Assembly: GCA_947581615.1 (NCBI GenBank)
Contig: CANPVD010000064.1
Coordinates: forward strand, 53,071-117,070
Reading direction: 5' to 3'
Source: Candidatus Humimonas hydrogenitrophica
GTDB lineage: Bacteria; Gemmatimonadota; Gemmatimonadetes; Palauibacterales; Palauibacteraceae
DNA length: 64,000 nucleotides
Part shown: piece after piece, positions 10,051 through 20,061 of the stretch
Numbering within the stretch: position 1 is the first letter of the stretch
Layout: every line of letters starts with the position of its first letter
The notes under the pieces: model-generated
The model's input: the letters and a program-made list of their open reading frames with translations, nothing else
What the model was told of the DNA's origin: nothing
Database searches by the model: none
Position numbers and translations under genes: made by a program

Positions 10051-10289
10051 TGACCTACCAGGAACGACAGCGGTACCGGGAGCTGCTCGACGAAGTCGGG
10101 TCGCTCAGGGATCGATTGCAGCGGGGAGGACGCGAGGCGGCGCTGACACGTGAGGAGGCCCTGGACATGCTGGGGCTGGTCGAAGCCGCCATCCAGCGCA
10201 TGAGTCCGGAGCGCTGGGATCGCGCCCTGGAGGCGGTGGCCGGCGAAGCGGCCCGGAGGGCCGGAGGTCTGGGGCCGCTGGGGAACTGA
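10050..10289 (+). CDS. Hypothetical small helical protein (79 aa), coupled to moaA stop
   Basis: ATG overlaps the moaA TGA (TGATG). High GC3, charged helical composition (MTYQERQRYRELLDEVGSLRDRLQRGG...). No recognisable family. Confidence 0.5.
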   Translation: MTYQERQRYRELLDEVGSLRDRLQRGGREAALTREEALDMLGLVEAAIQRMSPERWDRALEAVAGEAARRAGGLGPLGN

Positions 10290-10471
10290 GGCCTCCGCCG
10301 AAGACCGGCGCTCACACGCGGTTGCTCCCTCCGAAACGCTCCGGTACCTTGCGCCTGCCGCTGGCGGCGGACGCAAGGCGGCATGGCACGGCCGGTGCGC
10401 GCCGGGCGCGCAGAGAACGGGGAAGAAGAGGCCGCGAGGGCGGCCATCGCATAGAGAAGAAGAGGGACACG

Positions 10472-11398
10472 GTGGATAAGATCACGGTCGTCGGCGCGGG
10501 TCACGTGGGCGCGACGTCCGCGATGCGTATCGCGGAAGCCGAGCTCGCCCGGGACGTCGTTCTGGTGGACATCAAGGAGGGGCTGCCGCAGGGCATCGGC
10601 CTCGACCAGTGGGAGTCGGCGCCCGTTCGTGGCTTCGACACCCGACTCACCGGGGCCCAGAGCTACGAGGACACGTCCGGCTCGGGCATCGTGGTCGTCA
10701 CGGCAGGATTCGCCCGCAAGCCGGGCATGAGCCGCGATGACCTGGTGGCCAAGAACGCGGCGGTCGTTTCCGGGATCGCCGCGGAGATCCGCGACCGCAG
10801 TCCGGACGCGATCATCATCATGGTCACCAATCCCCTGGACGTCATGGCCTTCGTGGCGCGCCAGGTCACGGGCTTCCAGCGCGAGCGAGTCGTCGGCATG
10901 GCCGGCGTCCTCGACACGGCCCGCTTCCGCAGCTTCATCTCGCTCGAGCTCGACGTCAGCGTCCGCGACATCCAGGCGCTGGTGCTGGGTGGCCATGGGG
11001 ACAGCATGGTGCCCATCGTCAGCACGGTCACCGTGGGCGGCGTGCCCCTCACGCAGCTGCTCAGCCGGGAGCGGATCGAGGCCCTGGTGCAGCGCACTCG
11101 CAAGGGCGGCGGGGAGATCGTCGGGCTCCTCAAGGAGGGGAGCGCCTACTATGCCCCCTCGGCGGCGGCGGCGCAGATGTGCGAGGCGATCGTGCGCGAT
11201 CAGAAGCGCATCCTGCCCTGCGCCGCGTGGCTCGAGGGCGAGTACGGGCTCGAGGGTCTGTTCGTCGGCGTCCCCTGCAAGCTGGGTCGAGGCGGCGTCG
11301 AAGCGATCCTCGAAGTCGAGCTCACCGATGAGGAGCAGGCGGCGCTCGAACGGTCGGCGGCGGCCGTCCTGGAGACGATGGAATCCGTCCGGTCGTGA
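10472..11398 (+). CDS. mdh: Malate dehydrogenase (LDH-like NAD-dependent)
   Basis: GTG start gives MDKITVVGAGHVGAT (Rossmann motif); also MVTNPLD and GGHGDSMVP. The ORF is open from 10322, but homology places the start about 50 codons in. Confidence 0.85.
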   Translation: MDKITVVGAGHVGATSAMRIAEAELARDVVLVDIKEGLPQGIGLDQWESAPVRGFDTRLTGAQSYEDTSGSGIVVVTAGFARKPGMSRDDLVAKNAAVVSGIAAEIRDRSPDAIIIMVTNPLDVMAFVARQVTGFQRERVVGMAGVLDTARFRSFISLELDVSVRDIQALVLGGHGDSMVPIVSTVTVGGVPLTQLLSRERIEALVQRTRKGGGEIVGLLKEGSAYYAPSAAAAQMCEAIVRDQKRILPCAAWLEGEYGLEGLFVGVPCKLGRGGVEAILEVELTDEEQAALERSAAAVLETMESVRS

Positions 11399-11446
11399 GG
11401 GAGCGGTCTTTGGAGGCCAGCGTGGAGCAGGGATGAGGATGACCCG

Positions 11447-11857
11447 ATGAGCGACGGAGCGGCGAGGGAACGACCCACCTTCACGGGCCCGAGGGAATGG
11501 GTCACGTACCGGGGCGGACTCGGGATGCTGATGTGGGGCCTCCACCGGATCGCCGGCCTCGGCATCCTCCTCTTCCTGACCCTCCACATCGTCGACATCT
11601 TCCTGCTCGGATTCGGAAAGGACGTCTTCAACAGCCTCATCGGCATCTACAGCTCGCCCTGGGCCCACGTCATGGACGTGTTCCTGGTGTTCGGCGTCCT
11701 GTTCCACGCCATCAACGGCCTGAGGATCATCGTCCAGGACTTCGCCCCGCGCGTGATGCTCGCGGAGCACAAGCTCGTGGTCATCGAGCTCGTCGTGCTG
11801 TTCGTGATCTTCGTGCCCGCGGCGTGGGCCCTCCTGGCACCGCTTTTCGGAGGCTGA
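11447..11857 (+). CDS. sdhC: Succinate dehydrogenase cytochrome b556 subunit
   Basis: Three TM helices with heme-ligand His; first gene of sdhCDAB. Confidence 0.85.
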   Translation: MSDGAARERPTFTGPREWVTYRGGLGMLMWGLHRIAGLGILLFLTLHIVDIFLLGFGKDVFNSLIGIYSSPWAHVMDVFLVFGVLFHAINGLRIIVQDFAPRVMLAEHKLVVIELVVLFVIFVPAAWALLAPLFGG

Positions 11858-11858
11858 C

Positions 11859-12251
11859 ATGGCGAGCGAGCACAGGCGCGGGGGAGGTCACGCGAGGCCG
11901 GGCTCGAGGGGCTTCGAGGCCTGGGCGTGGCTGTTCATGCGGGTGTCCGGGGTCGTGCTCCTCTTCCTGGCGGTGTTCCACCTCCTGTGGATGCATTACG
12001 TCATCGGGGTGGACAACCTGAATTTCGAGACCGTCGTGAGCCGCTGGTCGAACCCGCTGTGGCGGATGTACGACTTCGCGCTCCTGGGCTTCGCGCTGGT
12101 CCACGGCGTGAACGGCCTGCGCATGGTGCTCGAGGACTACCTGCACAGGCCCGGTACGCTGCTGGCCGTGAAGAGCGTGGCCTACGTGCTCGCTTTCCTG
12201 CTGCTGAGCGCGGGCGCCTGGATCATCTTCACTTTCCACGTCCCGGCCTGA
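11859..12251 (+). CDS. sdhD: Succinate dehydrogenase hydrophobic membrane anchor subunit
   Basis: 130 aa, three TM helices, directly follows sdhC. Confidence 0.82.
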   Translation: MASEHRRGGGHARPGSRGFEAWAWLFMRVSGVVLLFLAVFHLLWMHYVIGVDNLNFETVVSRWSNPLWRMYDFALLGFALVHGVNGLRMVLEDYLHRPGTLLAVKSVAYVLAFLLLSAGAWIIFTFHVPA

Positions 12252-12281
12252 GCGTGGCCCGGGAGCCGGACGGACGAGGCG

Positions 12282-14024
12282 ATGCCTAGAGTCCATACAT
12301 ACGACGCGCTGGTGGTCGGAGCGGGCGGGGCCGGCCTGATGGCCTCGCTGTACCTGGGGCGGCACCCGGGGGTGCGCACGGCGGTGGTGAGCAAGCTGTA
12401 TCCCACCCGTTCGCACACGGGCGCGGCGCAGGGCGGCATCGGGGCCTCCCTCGGGAACATGGACGCCGACGGGGACCGTCCCGAATGGCACACCTACGAC
12501 ACGGTGAAGGGCAGCGACTACCTGGGCGACCAGGACGCCATCGAAGTGATGTGCAAGGACGCTCCCGACGTGGTGTACGAGCTCGAGCACATGGGGCTTC
12601 CCTTCAGCCGCACGCCGGAGGGCCGCATCGCCCAGCGCCGCTTCGGAGGGCACACCAAGCGGTTCGGCGAGGAGGCGGTGCGGCGCTCCTGTTACGCCGC
12701 CTCCCGGACCGGTCACGCCATTCTGCAGACGCTCTACCAGCAGTGCGTGCGTCACGACGTCCAGTTCTTCAACGAGTACCACGTGGTGGACCTCCTCATC
12801 GAGGACGGGGCCTGCCGTGGCCTGGTGGCGCTGGAGCTGGCCACGGGCGACCTGCACGTGTTCCGCGCCAAGGCGGTCCTCCTGGCCACGGGCGGGCACG
12901 GCCGCGTGTGGGAGATCACCAGCAACGCGGTCACCTTGACCGGGGACGGCCTCGCGCTGGTGGCCCGCAAGGGGCTCCCGCTCGAGGATCTCGAGTTCTA
13001 CCAATTCCACCCCACCGGCATCTACCGGATGGGGATCCTCATCACCGAGGGCGTGCGCGGGGAGGGCGGCATCCTGCGCAACTCGGAGGGCGAGCGGTTC
13101 ATGGAGCGCTACGCTCCCAACATGAAGGACCTGGCCAGCCGTGACGTGGTCTCGCGCGCGATCTACAAGGAGATCCGGGCCGGGAAGGGGATCGACGGCA
13201 AGCGCTACGTGCACCTGGACGCCACCCACCTGGGCCGGGAAGTCATAGAGAAGAAGCTCACCGAGATCGCCGACTTCTGCCGGACCTACCTGGGCATCGA
13301 TCCGGTGGAGACGCCCATACCGGTCCAGCCCACGGCCCACTACGCCATGGGTGGAATCCCGACGAACGTCGACGGCCAGGTACTGGCGGACGAGACCGGG
13401 ACGGTCGTGCGCGGTCTGTACGCGGCCGGAGAGGCGGCGTGCGTGTCCGTCCACGGGGCCAACCGTCTGGGCACGAACAGCCTCCTGGACCTGGTCGTAT
13501 TCGGTCGGCGGGCCGGCGACCACATGGCCGAGTACTGTGCGAACGCCGACCTCGAGCCGATCGGCGAGGAGCCGACGGCCGCGGCCCACGAGCGCATCGA
13601 GCGACTTCGCAATCGCGAGGGCGGCGAGCGGGCGGCGGACATCCGGGCCGAGATGCAGCACCTCATGATGGAGAGCGTCTCGGTGTTCCGGACCGGAGAG
13701 CTGCTGGAGGAGGCCCGCGACAGGCTGGCCGAGCTGGCCGAGCGCGTCGACCACATCTCGATCGACGACAAGGGTCACGAATACAACCTCGATCTCACCG
13801 AGGCGTGGGAGACGCGTGGCATGGTCGAGCTGGCAAGGGTCATCACGGAGTGCGCCCTCAACCGGACCGAGAGCCGGGGTGCCCACTCCCGGGAGGACTT
13901 CCCGAAGCGTGATGACGAAAACTGGCTCAAGCACAGCTTCGCCTACCTGCGGGACGGGAAGATCGATATCGCCTACAAGCCGGTGACGATCACCAGGTTC
14001 CAGCCGAAGGAGCGGGTCTACTGA
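12282..14024 (+). CDS. sdhA: Succinate dehydrogenase flavoprotein subunit
   Basis: FAD fold VVGAGGAGL; covalent-FAD His motif [10 protein letters not shown]; 580 aa. Confidence 0.93.
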   Translation: MPRVHTYDALVVGAGGAGLMASLYLGRHPGVRTAVVSKLYPTRSHTGAAQGGIGASLGNMDADGDRPEWHTYDTVKGSDYLGDQDAIEVMCKDAPDVVYELEHMGLPFSRTPEGRIAQRRFGGHTKRFGEEAVRRSCYAASRTGHAILQTLYQQCVRHDVQFFNEYHVVDLLIEDGACRGLVALELATGDLHVFRAKAVLLATGGHGRVWEITSNAVTLTGDGLALVARKGLPLEDLEFYQFHPTGIYRMGILITEGVRGEGGILRNSEGERFMERYAPNMKDLASRDVVSRAIYKEIRAGKGIDGKRYVHLDATHLGREVIEKKLTEIADFCRTYLGIDPVETPIPVQPTAHYAMGGIPTNVDGQVLADETGTVVRGLYAAGEAACVSVHGANRLGTNSLLDLVVFGRRAGDHMAEYCANADLEPIGEEPTAAAHERIERLRNREGGERAADIRAEMQHLMMESVSVFRTGELLEEARDRLAELAERVDHISIDDKGHEYNLDLTEAWETRGMVELARVITECALNRTESRGAHSREDFPKRDDENWLKHSFAYLRDGKIDIAYKPVTITRFQPKERVY

Positions 14025-14026
14025 CC

Positions 14027-14725
14027 ATGGACGTGGCCTTCACCATCCGGCGCTATCAGCCCGAGGTCCGCGAGGACCCCTACTACGAGACGTTCAAGTT
14101 CGAGGCGGAGCCCACGGACCGGGTGCTGGACGGGCTGAACCACATCAAGTGGCATATGGACGGCACGCTCGCCCTGCGCCGCTCCTGCCAGCACGGCATC
14201 TGCGGCTCGGACGCCATGCGGATCAACGGCAAGAACGGTCTGGCGTGCAAGACGCTCCTCCAGGACGTCGGAGCCGAGGTCACGATCGAGCCGCTCATGG
14301 GCTTTCCGGTGCTCAAGGACCTCATCGTCGACGTCGACCCCTTCTTCGAGCAGTTCAAGAAGGTCAAGGCGTACCTGATCAACGACGGCCCGGAGCCCGA
14401 CCGGGAGCGCCTGCAGTCGCCCGAGGAGGCGGCCCGGTACGGCGACACGTCCAAGTGCATCATGTGCGGCGCGTGCACGGGCTCGTGTCCGTCCTTCTGG
14501 CCCGGGAGCGGCTTCATCGGTCCGGCGGCGGTCGTACAGGCCCACCGCTTCATGTTCGATTCGAGAGACGAGGGCAACGAGGAGCGTGCCGCGGCCCTCG
14601 ACGGCCGCGACGGCGTGTGGGCCTGCCGGACGGTCTTCAATTGCACCAAGGCCTGTCCGGTGGGCATCCAGGTGACGCGCGCCATCGGAGAGGTCAAGCG
14701 AGCCCTCACGTGGGACGGGTCCTGA
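14027..14725 (+). CDS. sdhB: Succinate dehydrogenase iron-sulfur subunit
   Basis: 2Fe-2S CQHGICGSDAMRINGKNGLAC; 4Fe-4S CIMCGACTGSCP; 3Fe-4S CRTVFNCTKACP. Confidence 0.93.
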   Translation: MDVAFTIRRYQPEVREDPYYETFKFEAEPTDRVLDGLNHIKWHMDGTLALRRSCQHGICGSDAMRINGKNGLACKTLLQDVGAEVTIEPLMGFPVLKDLIVDVDPFFEQFKKVKAYLINDGPEPDRERLQSPEEAARYGDTSKCIMCGACTGSCPSFWPGSGFIGPAAVVQAHRFMFDSRDEGNEERAAALDGRDGVWACRTVFNCTKACPVGIQVTRAIGEVKRALTWDGS

Positions 14726-14763
14726 CGGCACCAGCTCACTCGACACGAGCCGGGAGCAACCCC

Positions 14764-16506
14764 ATGCGAACGTCGGTCTCCGCGGGCCTCCGCGGGTCCT
14801 CCGCCTGTCTCGCCCTCCTCCTGGCTGCCACGCTCGGGGCGTGCCGCCGACCCTCGACCGTGGATGGGGTGGACGTCTCGTCGGCCGTGGCCAGGCAGGG
14901 GATCCAGAGCATCGACAGCACGGCCATCCGTGCGCGGACGGCCTTTCTTAGCAGCGACTTCACGGAAGGGCGGGCACCGGGGACCCGCGGCGGGCGCCTG
15001 GCGGCGGCGTATATCGCCTCCGAATTCGCGGCGGCCGGCCTGCGGCCTGGCAACGACACGAGCTACTTCCAGCCCGTGACGTTCGTCGGCGTCACGCCGC
15101 ATCCCGAGCTCGACTTCCAGAGCGCCGATGGCCGGAGCCGTTACTCGCCGGGGTACCTGGATGACTACGTGGCCTGGACCCCGCGGCAGGAGGGCCAGGT
15201 GGAGTTCTCGGGTGAGGTCGTGTTCGTGGGTTACGGCATCGACGCCCCCGAGTACGACTGGAACGACTACGCCGGCGCCGACGTCAAGGGGAAGATCCTC
15301 CTCGGGCTGGTCAACGATCCGGGCGGCACGGGCGCTTCGAAGAAGTTCCGCGGCGACACGCTCACCTACTACGGACGCTGGACCTACAAGTACGAGGAGG
15401 CGGCCCGCCTGGGTGCGGCCGGGTTGATCCTCATCCACACGCCCGAGTCGGCGGGGTACGGGTGGTCGGTGGTCCGGAATTCATGGTCCGGCGAGCAGTT
15501 CGAGATCCCGAACGAGCCGGGCGAATACCACGAGTCCCTGGAGGCATGGGTCACCGAGGCGGCGGCCCGGCGGCTCCTGGGGCTGGCGGGGGTCAGCCTC
15601 GATTCCCTGATGGCCGAGGCCCGTCGACCCGGCTTCAGGGCGAGGCCGCTCCCGCTCCACGCCACGGGGAGCATCCGAAGCGACGTGGAGCGGACGACGT
15701 CGGCCAATGTGGTGGCCCTCGTGCCCGGCCGGGACTCGACCCTCCGCGACCAGGTGGTCGTCTACACCTCCCACTATGACCATCTGGGGATCGGGGCCCC
15801 GGAGGACGGCGATGCCATCTACAACGGCGCCAAGGACAACGCTTCGGGCACCTCGGCCATCATCGAGCTGGCGCGAGCCTATGAGCGTCTCCCGGAGCGG
15901 CCCCGGCGCTCCGTGCTCCTGGCGGCGGTCACGGGCGAGGAATCGGGCCTGCTGGGCTCGGCCTACCTGGCACGCCATCCGCCATACGGACACTTCGTGG
16001 CGGACATCAACATGGACGCGATCAACATGTACGGTCGGACCAGCGACCTGGTCGAGCTGGGCGGGGAATACTCGTCGCTCGGAGACGTCTTCCAGGAGTT
16101 GACCGGCTACCTGGGCCTCGACGCCCGGGGCGACCAGAGCCCGGGCCAGGGCCATTTCTTCCGATCGGACCAGTTCTCGTTCGTCAAGCGCGGCGTGCCG
16201 TCCCTCTATGTCGAGCAGGGGGTCGACTACGTGGGCGAGCCCGCGGGCACGGGAGAGAAGCGAGAGGAGACGTATCGGAAGGAACGCTACCACCAGCCCG
16301 ATGATGAGATGCTGCCCGAGTACACGATGGGGGGCGCCGCGCAGCAGACTCAGGCGGCCTTCCTGCTGGGCTGGGTGGCCGCCAACGCACCACGGCCGCC
16401 GGTCTGGAAGCCGGGATCTCCCTTCGCCCCGGCCTCCGACACGACCTCGGCCGGGTCGGCTGCGGGCACCGCCGCGTCGGGCGACAGCGCCTCCGGCGGT
16501 TCGTGA
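14764..16506 (+). CDS. M28-family zinc aminopeptidase, predicted lipoprotein or secreted (PA domain plus Gly/Ser/Ala-rich tail)
   Basis: Signal peptide with LGAC lipobox-like cleavage site; M28 metal-ligand motifs HYDHLG, DNASG and GEESGLLGS. ATG 14764 is in-frame within the longer ORF 14149..16506. Confidence 0.82.
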   Translation: MRTSVSAGLRGSSACLALLLAATLGACRRPSTVDGVDVSSAVARQGIQSIDSTAIRARTAFLSSDFTEGRAPGTRGGRLAAAYIASEFAAAGLRPGNDTSYFQPVTFVGVTPHPELDFQSADGRSRYSPGYLDDYVAWTPRQEGQVEFSGEVVFVGYGIDAPEYDWNDYAGADVKGKILLGLVNDPGGTGASKKFRGDTLTYYGRWTYKYEEAARLGAAGLILIHTPESAGYGWSVVRNSWSGEQFEIPNEPGEYHESLEAWVTEAAARRLLGLAGVSLDSLMAEARRPGFRARPLPLHATGSIRSDVERTTSANVVALVPGRDSTLRDQVVVYTSHYDHLGIGAPEDGDAIYNGAKDNASGTSAIIELARAYERLPERPRRSVLLAAVTGEESGLLGSAYLARHPPYGHFVADINMDAINMYGRTSDLVELGGEYSSLGDVFQELTGYLGLDARGDQSPGQGHFFRSDQFSFVKRGVPSLYVEQGVDYVGEPAGTGEKREETYRKERYHQPDDEMLPEYTMGGAAQQTQAAFLLGWVAANAPRPPVWKPGSPFAPASDTTSAGSAAGTAASGDSASGGS

Positions 16507-16919
16507 GCCCGGAGGAGGCGTCGGCGCCCACCGCTGGCCCGCCGCGGGGCCCGGGGACCGGAGAGGAGCGTCGCGATGACGAGCCCCTGGACCTGGACGC
16601 GTACCAGAAGGGGGCGCTTCGCACCGCGCTGTATCCCGCCGTGGGAGGGCACCGGTTCCTGTATCCGGCGCTCGGGCTGGCCAACGAGGCGGGCGAGGTC
16701 CTGGGGAAGATCAAGAAGCTCTTCCGCGACCGCGGCGGGCGGGTGACCTCGGAGTTCCGCGAGGAGATCAAGAAGGAGCTCGGCGACGTGCAATGGTACG
16801 TGGCCGTGCTCGCGCACGAGTTCGGCCTGTCCGCCTCGGACGTGGCCCGGGCCAACCTCGAGAAGCTGGCCTCGCGGGCCGAGCGCGGCGTGTTGGGAGG
16901 AGATGGGGATGAGCGCTGA
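16503..16919 (+). CDS. mazG: MazG-like nucleoside triphosphate pyrophosphohydrolase
   Basis: GTG overlaps the peptidase stop. MazG motifs [12 protein letters not shown] and [13 protein letters not shown]. Confidence 0.75.
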   Translation: MSPEEASAPTAGPPRGPGTGEERRDDEPLDLDAYQKGALRTALYPAVGGHRFLYPALGLANEAGEVLGKIKKLFRDRGGRVTSEFREEIKKELGDVQWYVAVLAHEFGLSASDVARANLEKLASRAERGVLGGDGDER

Positions 16920-17005
16920 CCCGACACGGGCCGGGCGGACCCGGTGAACGTGGCCCGGCCGATTCCCGCGGGGCGTTCGGCGCCCTGAGTGCCCGGGGCC
17001 TCCTC

Positions 17006-17362
17006 GTGGCGGGCGCCATCTCCGCTTTCGTGGGCGTGGCGGCCGGGGCGTTCGGTGCCCACGGCCTCCACGGGAGGATCTCTCCCGATCTCCTGGAGGT
17101 ATTCGACACCGGGGTCCGCTACCAGATGATTCACGCGCTGGCGCTCGTCGCGCTGGCCGCGCTGGCCGGGCGCTGGCCGAGCGGGGCCTGGGGAGCGGCC
17201 GGCTGGCTGTTCGTGGCCGGGACGGTGATGTTCTCGGGCAGCCTCTACGCTCTCGCCCTGACCGGGATCCGCTGGCTCGGTGCCGTGACCCCGTTCGGGG
17301 GCGTGGCCTTCCTGGCGGGTTGGGTCGTGGTGGCCGTGACCGGTTGGCACAGCGCGGGCTGA
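17006..17362 (+). CDS. DUF423-family small membrane protein
   Basis: 118 aa, four TM helices; [21 protein letters not shown]... Confidence 0.7.
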   Translation: MAGAISAFVGVAAGAFGAHGLHGRISPDLLEVFDTGVRYQMIHALALVALAALAGRWPSGAWGAAGWLFVAGTVMFSGSLYALALTGIRWLGAVTPFGGVAFLAGWVVVAVTGWHSAG

Positions 17363-17365
17363 GAC

Positions 17366-17397
17366 GGACGGCCCGGACCGAGCGGCACGGGCCGTCC
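17366..17397. terminator. GC-rich hairpin between convergent DUF423 gene and dcd
   Basis: 10-bp stem ggacggcccg / cgggccgtcc with 12-nt loop, starting 4 nt after the DUF423 stop. No U-tract. Confidence 0.4.
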
Positions 17398-17434
17398 CCG
17401 ACGCACCTCGGCTGCGGGCGCCGCCGCGCGTGGT

Positions 17435-17989
17435 CTACAGCCGCGGCGGCGTCACGCCCTGCTGTCCCTGGTACTTTCCCTTGCGGTCCGCGTAGCTCAC
17501 CTCGCAGTCCTCGTCCGACTGGAAGAAGAGGACCTGGGCGATCCCTTCGTGAGCGTAAACCCGCGCGGGCAGTGGCGTCGTGTTGCTGATCTCGAGGGTG
17601 ACGAATCCCTCCCACTCCGGCTCGAACGGGGTGACGTTGGTGATGATGCCACAGCGCGCGTACGTGGACTTGCCGACCGTGATCGTCATGACATCGCGGG
17701 GGATCCGAAAGTACTCCACGGACCGCGCCAGGGCGAAGGAGTTGGGAGGGATGATGCAGGACTCGCCGCTGAACTCGACGAAGGAGCGCTGGTCGAAGCT
17801 CTTGGGGTCGACCACCGGCATGAGGGCGTTGTGGAAGATCCTGAACTCGTCGGCCACCCGCATGTCGTACCCGTAGCTGGACAACCCGTACGAGATCACG
17901 CCGTCCCGGACCTGGGCGTCGGCGAAGGGCTCGATCATGCCGTGCTCGGTGGCCATGCGTCGGATCCAGCGGTCGCTCTTGATGCTCAT
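17435..17989 (-). CDS. dcd: dCTP deaminase
   Basis: [13 protein letters not shown]... 184 aa; Dcd/dUTPase fold motifs ([29 protein letters not shown]). The ORF extends upstream to 18181, but homology supports the ATG at 17989. Confidence 0.85.
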   Translation of the reverse strand: MSIKSDRWIRRMATEHGMIEPFADAQVRDGVISYGLSSYGYDMRVADEFRIFHNALMPVVDPKSFDQRSFVEFSGESCIIPPNSFALARSVEYFRIPRDVMTITVGKSTYARCGIITNVTPFEPEWEGFVTLEISNTTPLPARVYAHEGIAQVLFFQSDEDCEVSYADRKGKYQGQQGVTPPRL

Positions 17990-18044
17990 TCCCTCGTCCT
18001 CGGTTCGTCGTTTGGGTACCTGGCGGCCTGCGTGCGTCGCGATC

Positions 18045-18869
18045 CTATGCGTACCAGCGGCCGTCGGCCACGGCCTCGATGGCCCGCGCGACCGCGTCGG
18101 GCGCCTCCTCGGGGAGAGCGTGGCCAGCCCCGGGTACGACCCGGAGCGGGCATTCCAGCCGGTCGGCCAACCGTTCGACAAGATGCGGCGGAGCCCGGCG
18201 GTCCCGCTCTCCGGTCAGCACCAGGGCCGTCGGGCGGGGAGCAAGGTGGGGCGATATCTCCCCGGGGCGCCAGTCCGCCAGCACACGAAGCAGCGTGCGT
18301 GCCCGATCCCGGTCCCGGTACGGGGCGGCGTAGCGCCGAACGACGGCCTCGTCCACCGCGTCCGGGTCCCCGAACACGCGGCGACGGAGTACGAGCCGCG
18401 TCAGGGGCCAGCGCACGCAGGAGAGAAGCGGCGCGAGCGAAGCGCGCACCGGTCCGGAGCGCAGGAGCTCGAGGACGAGCGGCCGCTTTGTCCATGGCGT
18501 GACCGGGTCCACCAGGCACAGCCCGCGGCATCGGGTGGTGCGGGCCGCGAGGGCCAGGGCCAGCGCGGCTCCCTGGGAGTGGCCCACGAGAACGAACGGC
18601 CCGGGCACGTGGGCCCGCGCCACGTCCTCGAGGCGCCCCACCTCCTCGGCCAGCCGGAAGCGGGCCCGGGGCGCGGCGTCGGAGGTGCCGCGGCCCAGAA
18701 GGTCGGGAATCACCAGCGTGAAGCGACCTTCGAGGCGCTCGCTCACCCGGTCCCACACGGCGCCGCTGGCCGTGAGCCCATGCACCAGGAGGAGGCGCGG
18801 GCCGGCTCCACGGAGGCACACCCGAAGCCTGCCGCCGAGAGTGACCACGGGGTCTCCGGCCTCGCTCAC
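18045..18869 (-). CDS. Alpha/beta-fold hydrolase
   Basis: Oxyanion LLLVHG; nucleophile elbow [12 protein letters not shown]; C-terminal GAGHALPEE (catalytic His). GTG at 18869 has a GGGAG RBS. The ORF is open to a TTG at 18935 with no ATG. Confidence 0.7.
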   Translation of the reverse strand: MSEAGDPVVTLGGRLRVCLRGAGPRLLLVHGLTASGAVWDRVSERLEGRFTLVIPDLLGRGTSDAAPRARFRLAEEVGRLEDVARAHVPGPFVLVGHSQGAALALALAARTTRCRGLCLVDPVTPWTKRPLVLELLRSGPVRASLAPLLSCVRWPLTRLVLRRRVFGDPDAVDEAVVRRYAAPYRDRDRARTLLRVLADWRPGEISPHLAPRPTALVLTGERDRRAPPHLVERLADRLECPLRVVPGAGHALPEEAPDAVARAIEAVADGRWYA

Positions 18870-18889
18870 CGCGGGGGCTCCCGGACCGC

Positions 18890-18918
18890 TTGATCGGCCT
18901 TCCGGGGTTCGATATACT
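18890..18918 (+). promoter_or_regulatory. Sigma70-like promoter candidate for the nuo operon
   Basis: TTGATC - 17 nt - TATACT in the only AT-rich patch of the hydrolase/nuoA divergent intergenic region; about 45 nt upstream of the nuoA ATG. Confidence 0.45.
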
Positions 18919-18935
18919 CCGGTGACGCAAGGCAA

Positions 18936-18949
18936 GTGAAGAAATTCAC
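18936..18949 (+). promoter_or_regulatory. Perfect palindrome GTGAA-gaaa-TTCAC between predicted -10 and nuoA RBS (operator candidate)
   Basis: 14-nt dyad read directly in the sequence. Lies between the TATACT box and the gaggagg RBS of nuoA. Confidence 0.35.
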
Positions 18950-18967
18950 AAGGTCTTCGAGGAGGCG

Positions 18968-19324
18968 ATGACGCGCCCGTATCTGGGTATCTTCTTCCTG
19001 AGCATCGTGGGTGTGGCGAACGCCGCAGTCATGATGCTCGCGTCGCACCTCGCCAGCCCCTTCCGGCCCACCGTGGCCAAGGGCAGCCCGTACGAGTCGG
19101 GCATGCTCCCCCTGGGCGGCACCCGCGAGCGCTTCTCGGTGCAGTATTACATTGTCGCGATGCTGTTCATCGTGTTCGACATCGAGACGATCTTCTTCTT
19201 CCCCTGGGCGGTCATCTACCGGGAGCTCGGGCTGTTCGGGTTCTGGGAGATGGTCGTGTTCATCGCCGTGCTCGCGGTGGGCCTGGCCTATGCATGGAAG
19301 AAGGGCGCGCTCGAATGGACCTGA
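18968..19324 (+). CDS. nuoA: NADH-quinone oxidoreductase subunit A
   Basis: 118 aa, three TM helices; FDIETIFFFPWA motif; gaggagg RBS. Confidence 0.9.
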   Translation: MTRPYLGIFFLSIVGVANAAVMMLASHLASPFRPTVAKGSPYESGMLPLGGTRERFSVQYYIVAMLFIVFDIETIFFFPWAVIYRELGLFGFWEMVVFIAVLAVGLAYAWKKGALEWT

Positions 19325-19348
19325 CGTGCGCCAGGCGGAGCTGAGACG

Positions 19349-20059
19349 ATGACGAGGGAGCTGAAGACCCTGCGGGCCGACGCCGGTCACGCGGACGACA
19401 CGGACACGGTGGACACGGGCGTTCCGCGGAGCTGGCTCACCACCCGGCTCGACTATATCATCAACTGGTCGCGTCGGAACTCCCTGTGGCCCATGCCATT
19501 CGGCACCGCCTGCTGCGCCATCGAGATGATGGGAGCGGCCGCCTCCAAGTACGACATCGCACGCTTCGGCATGGAGAGGATGTCGTTCAGCCCCCGCCAG
19601 GCCGACCTGATGATCGTGGCCGGACGCGTGAGCTACAAGCTGGCCCCGGTCCTCCGGAAGGTGTGGGACCAGATGCCGCAGCCCAAGTGGTGCGTGTCCA
19701 TGGGGGCGTGTGCCAGCTCGGGCGGCATGTTCGACAACTACACGATCGTCCAGGGCATCGACGAGATCGTGCCCGTCGACGTCTACGTTCCGGGCTGTCC
19801 GCCCCGGCCCGAGGCCCTCATCTACGGCCTGCTCATGGTCCAGGAGAAGGTGAAGGGAGAGTCGGTCACCGATCCCACGGCCCGCGAGGAGTCGGCGTCC
19901 TCGGCCGGTCGGCCCAACCTCCCGCCCGAGGCGATCGAACTCGTGTCCCAGCCGTTCGGAAACTCCACGAAGCAGAACCGGGTCAGCGGCCTCGAGGCCA
20001 CCAGCGCGGTCTCCCGGCCCGGTGACCGGATCGAGCGTCTCCTGGAGCATCGGAGCTGA
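19349..20059 (+). CDS. nuoB: NADH-quinone oxidoreductase subunit B (with about 60-aa C-terminal extension)
   Basis: N2-cluster cysteines [15 protein letters not shown] and VPGCPPRPE. About 60 non-conserved residues follow the usual C-terminus. Confidence 0.9.
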   Translation: MTRELKTLRADAGHADDTDTVDTGVPRSWLTTRLDYIINWSRRNSLWPMPFGTACCAIEMMGAAASKYDIARFGMERMSFSPRQADLMIVAGRVSYKLAPVLRKVWDQMPQPKWCVSMGACASSGGMFDNYTIVQGIDEIVPVDVYVPGCPPRPEALIYGLLMVQEKVKGESVTDPTAREESASSAGRPNLPPEAIELVSQPFGNSTKQNRVSGLEATSAVSRPGDRIERLLEHRS

Positions 20060-20061
20060 GG

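Noticed and set aside
10055-15438. Minus-strand ORFs 10055..11860, 11781..13934 and 14083..15438, antisense to mdh/sdhCDAB/peptidase
   Set aside because: Same GC-driven artefact. The sense-strand genes carry unambiguous catalytic motifs.
17345-17360. Sigma-54-like TGGCAC-N5-GGGCT element at the 3' end of the DUF423 gene
   Set aside because: The -12 element (GGGC) does not match TTGC/W. It points into a convergent gene end with no downstream ORF to drive.
17421-17450. Second inverted repeat GCCGCCGCG/CGCGGCGGC near the dcd stop
   Set aside because: It overlaps the dcd 3' coding end, and the short GC stem is common by chance in this composition. The adjacent 10-bp hairpin (17366..17397) is the better terminator candidate.
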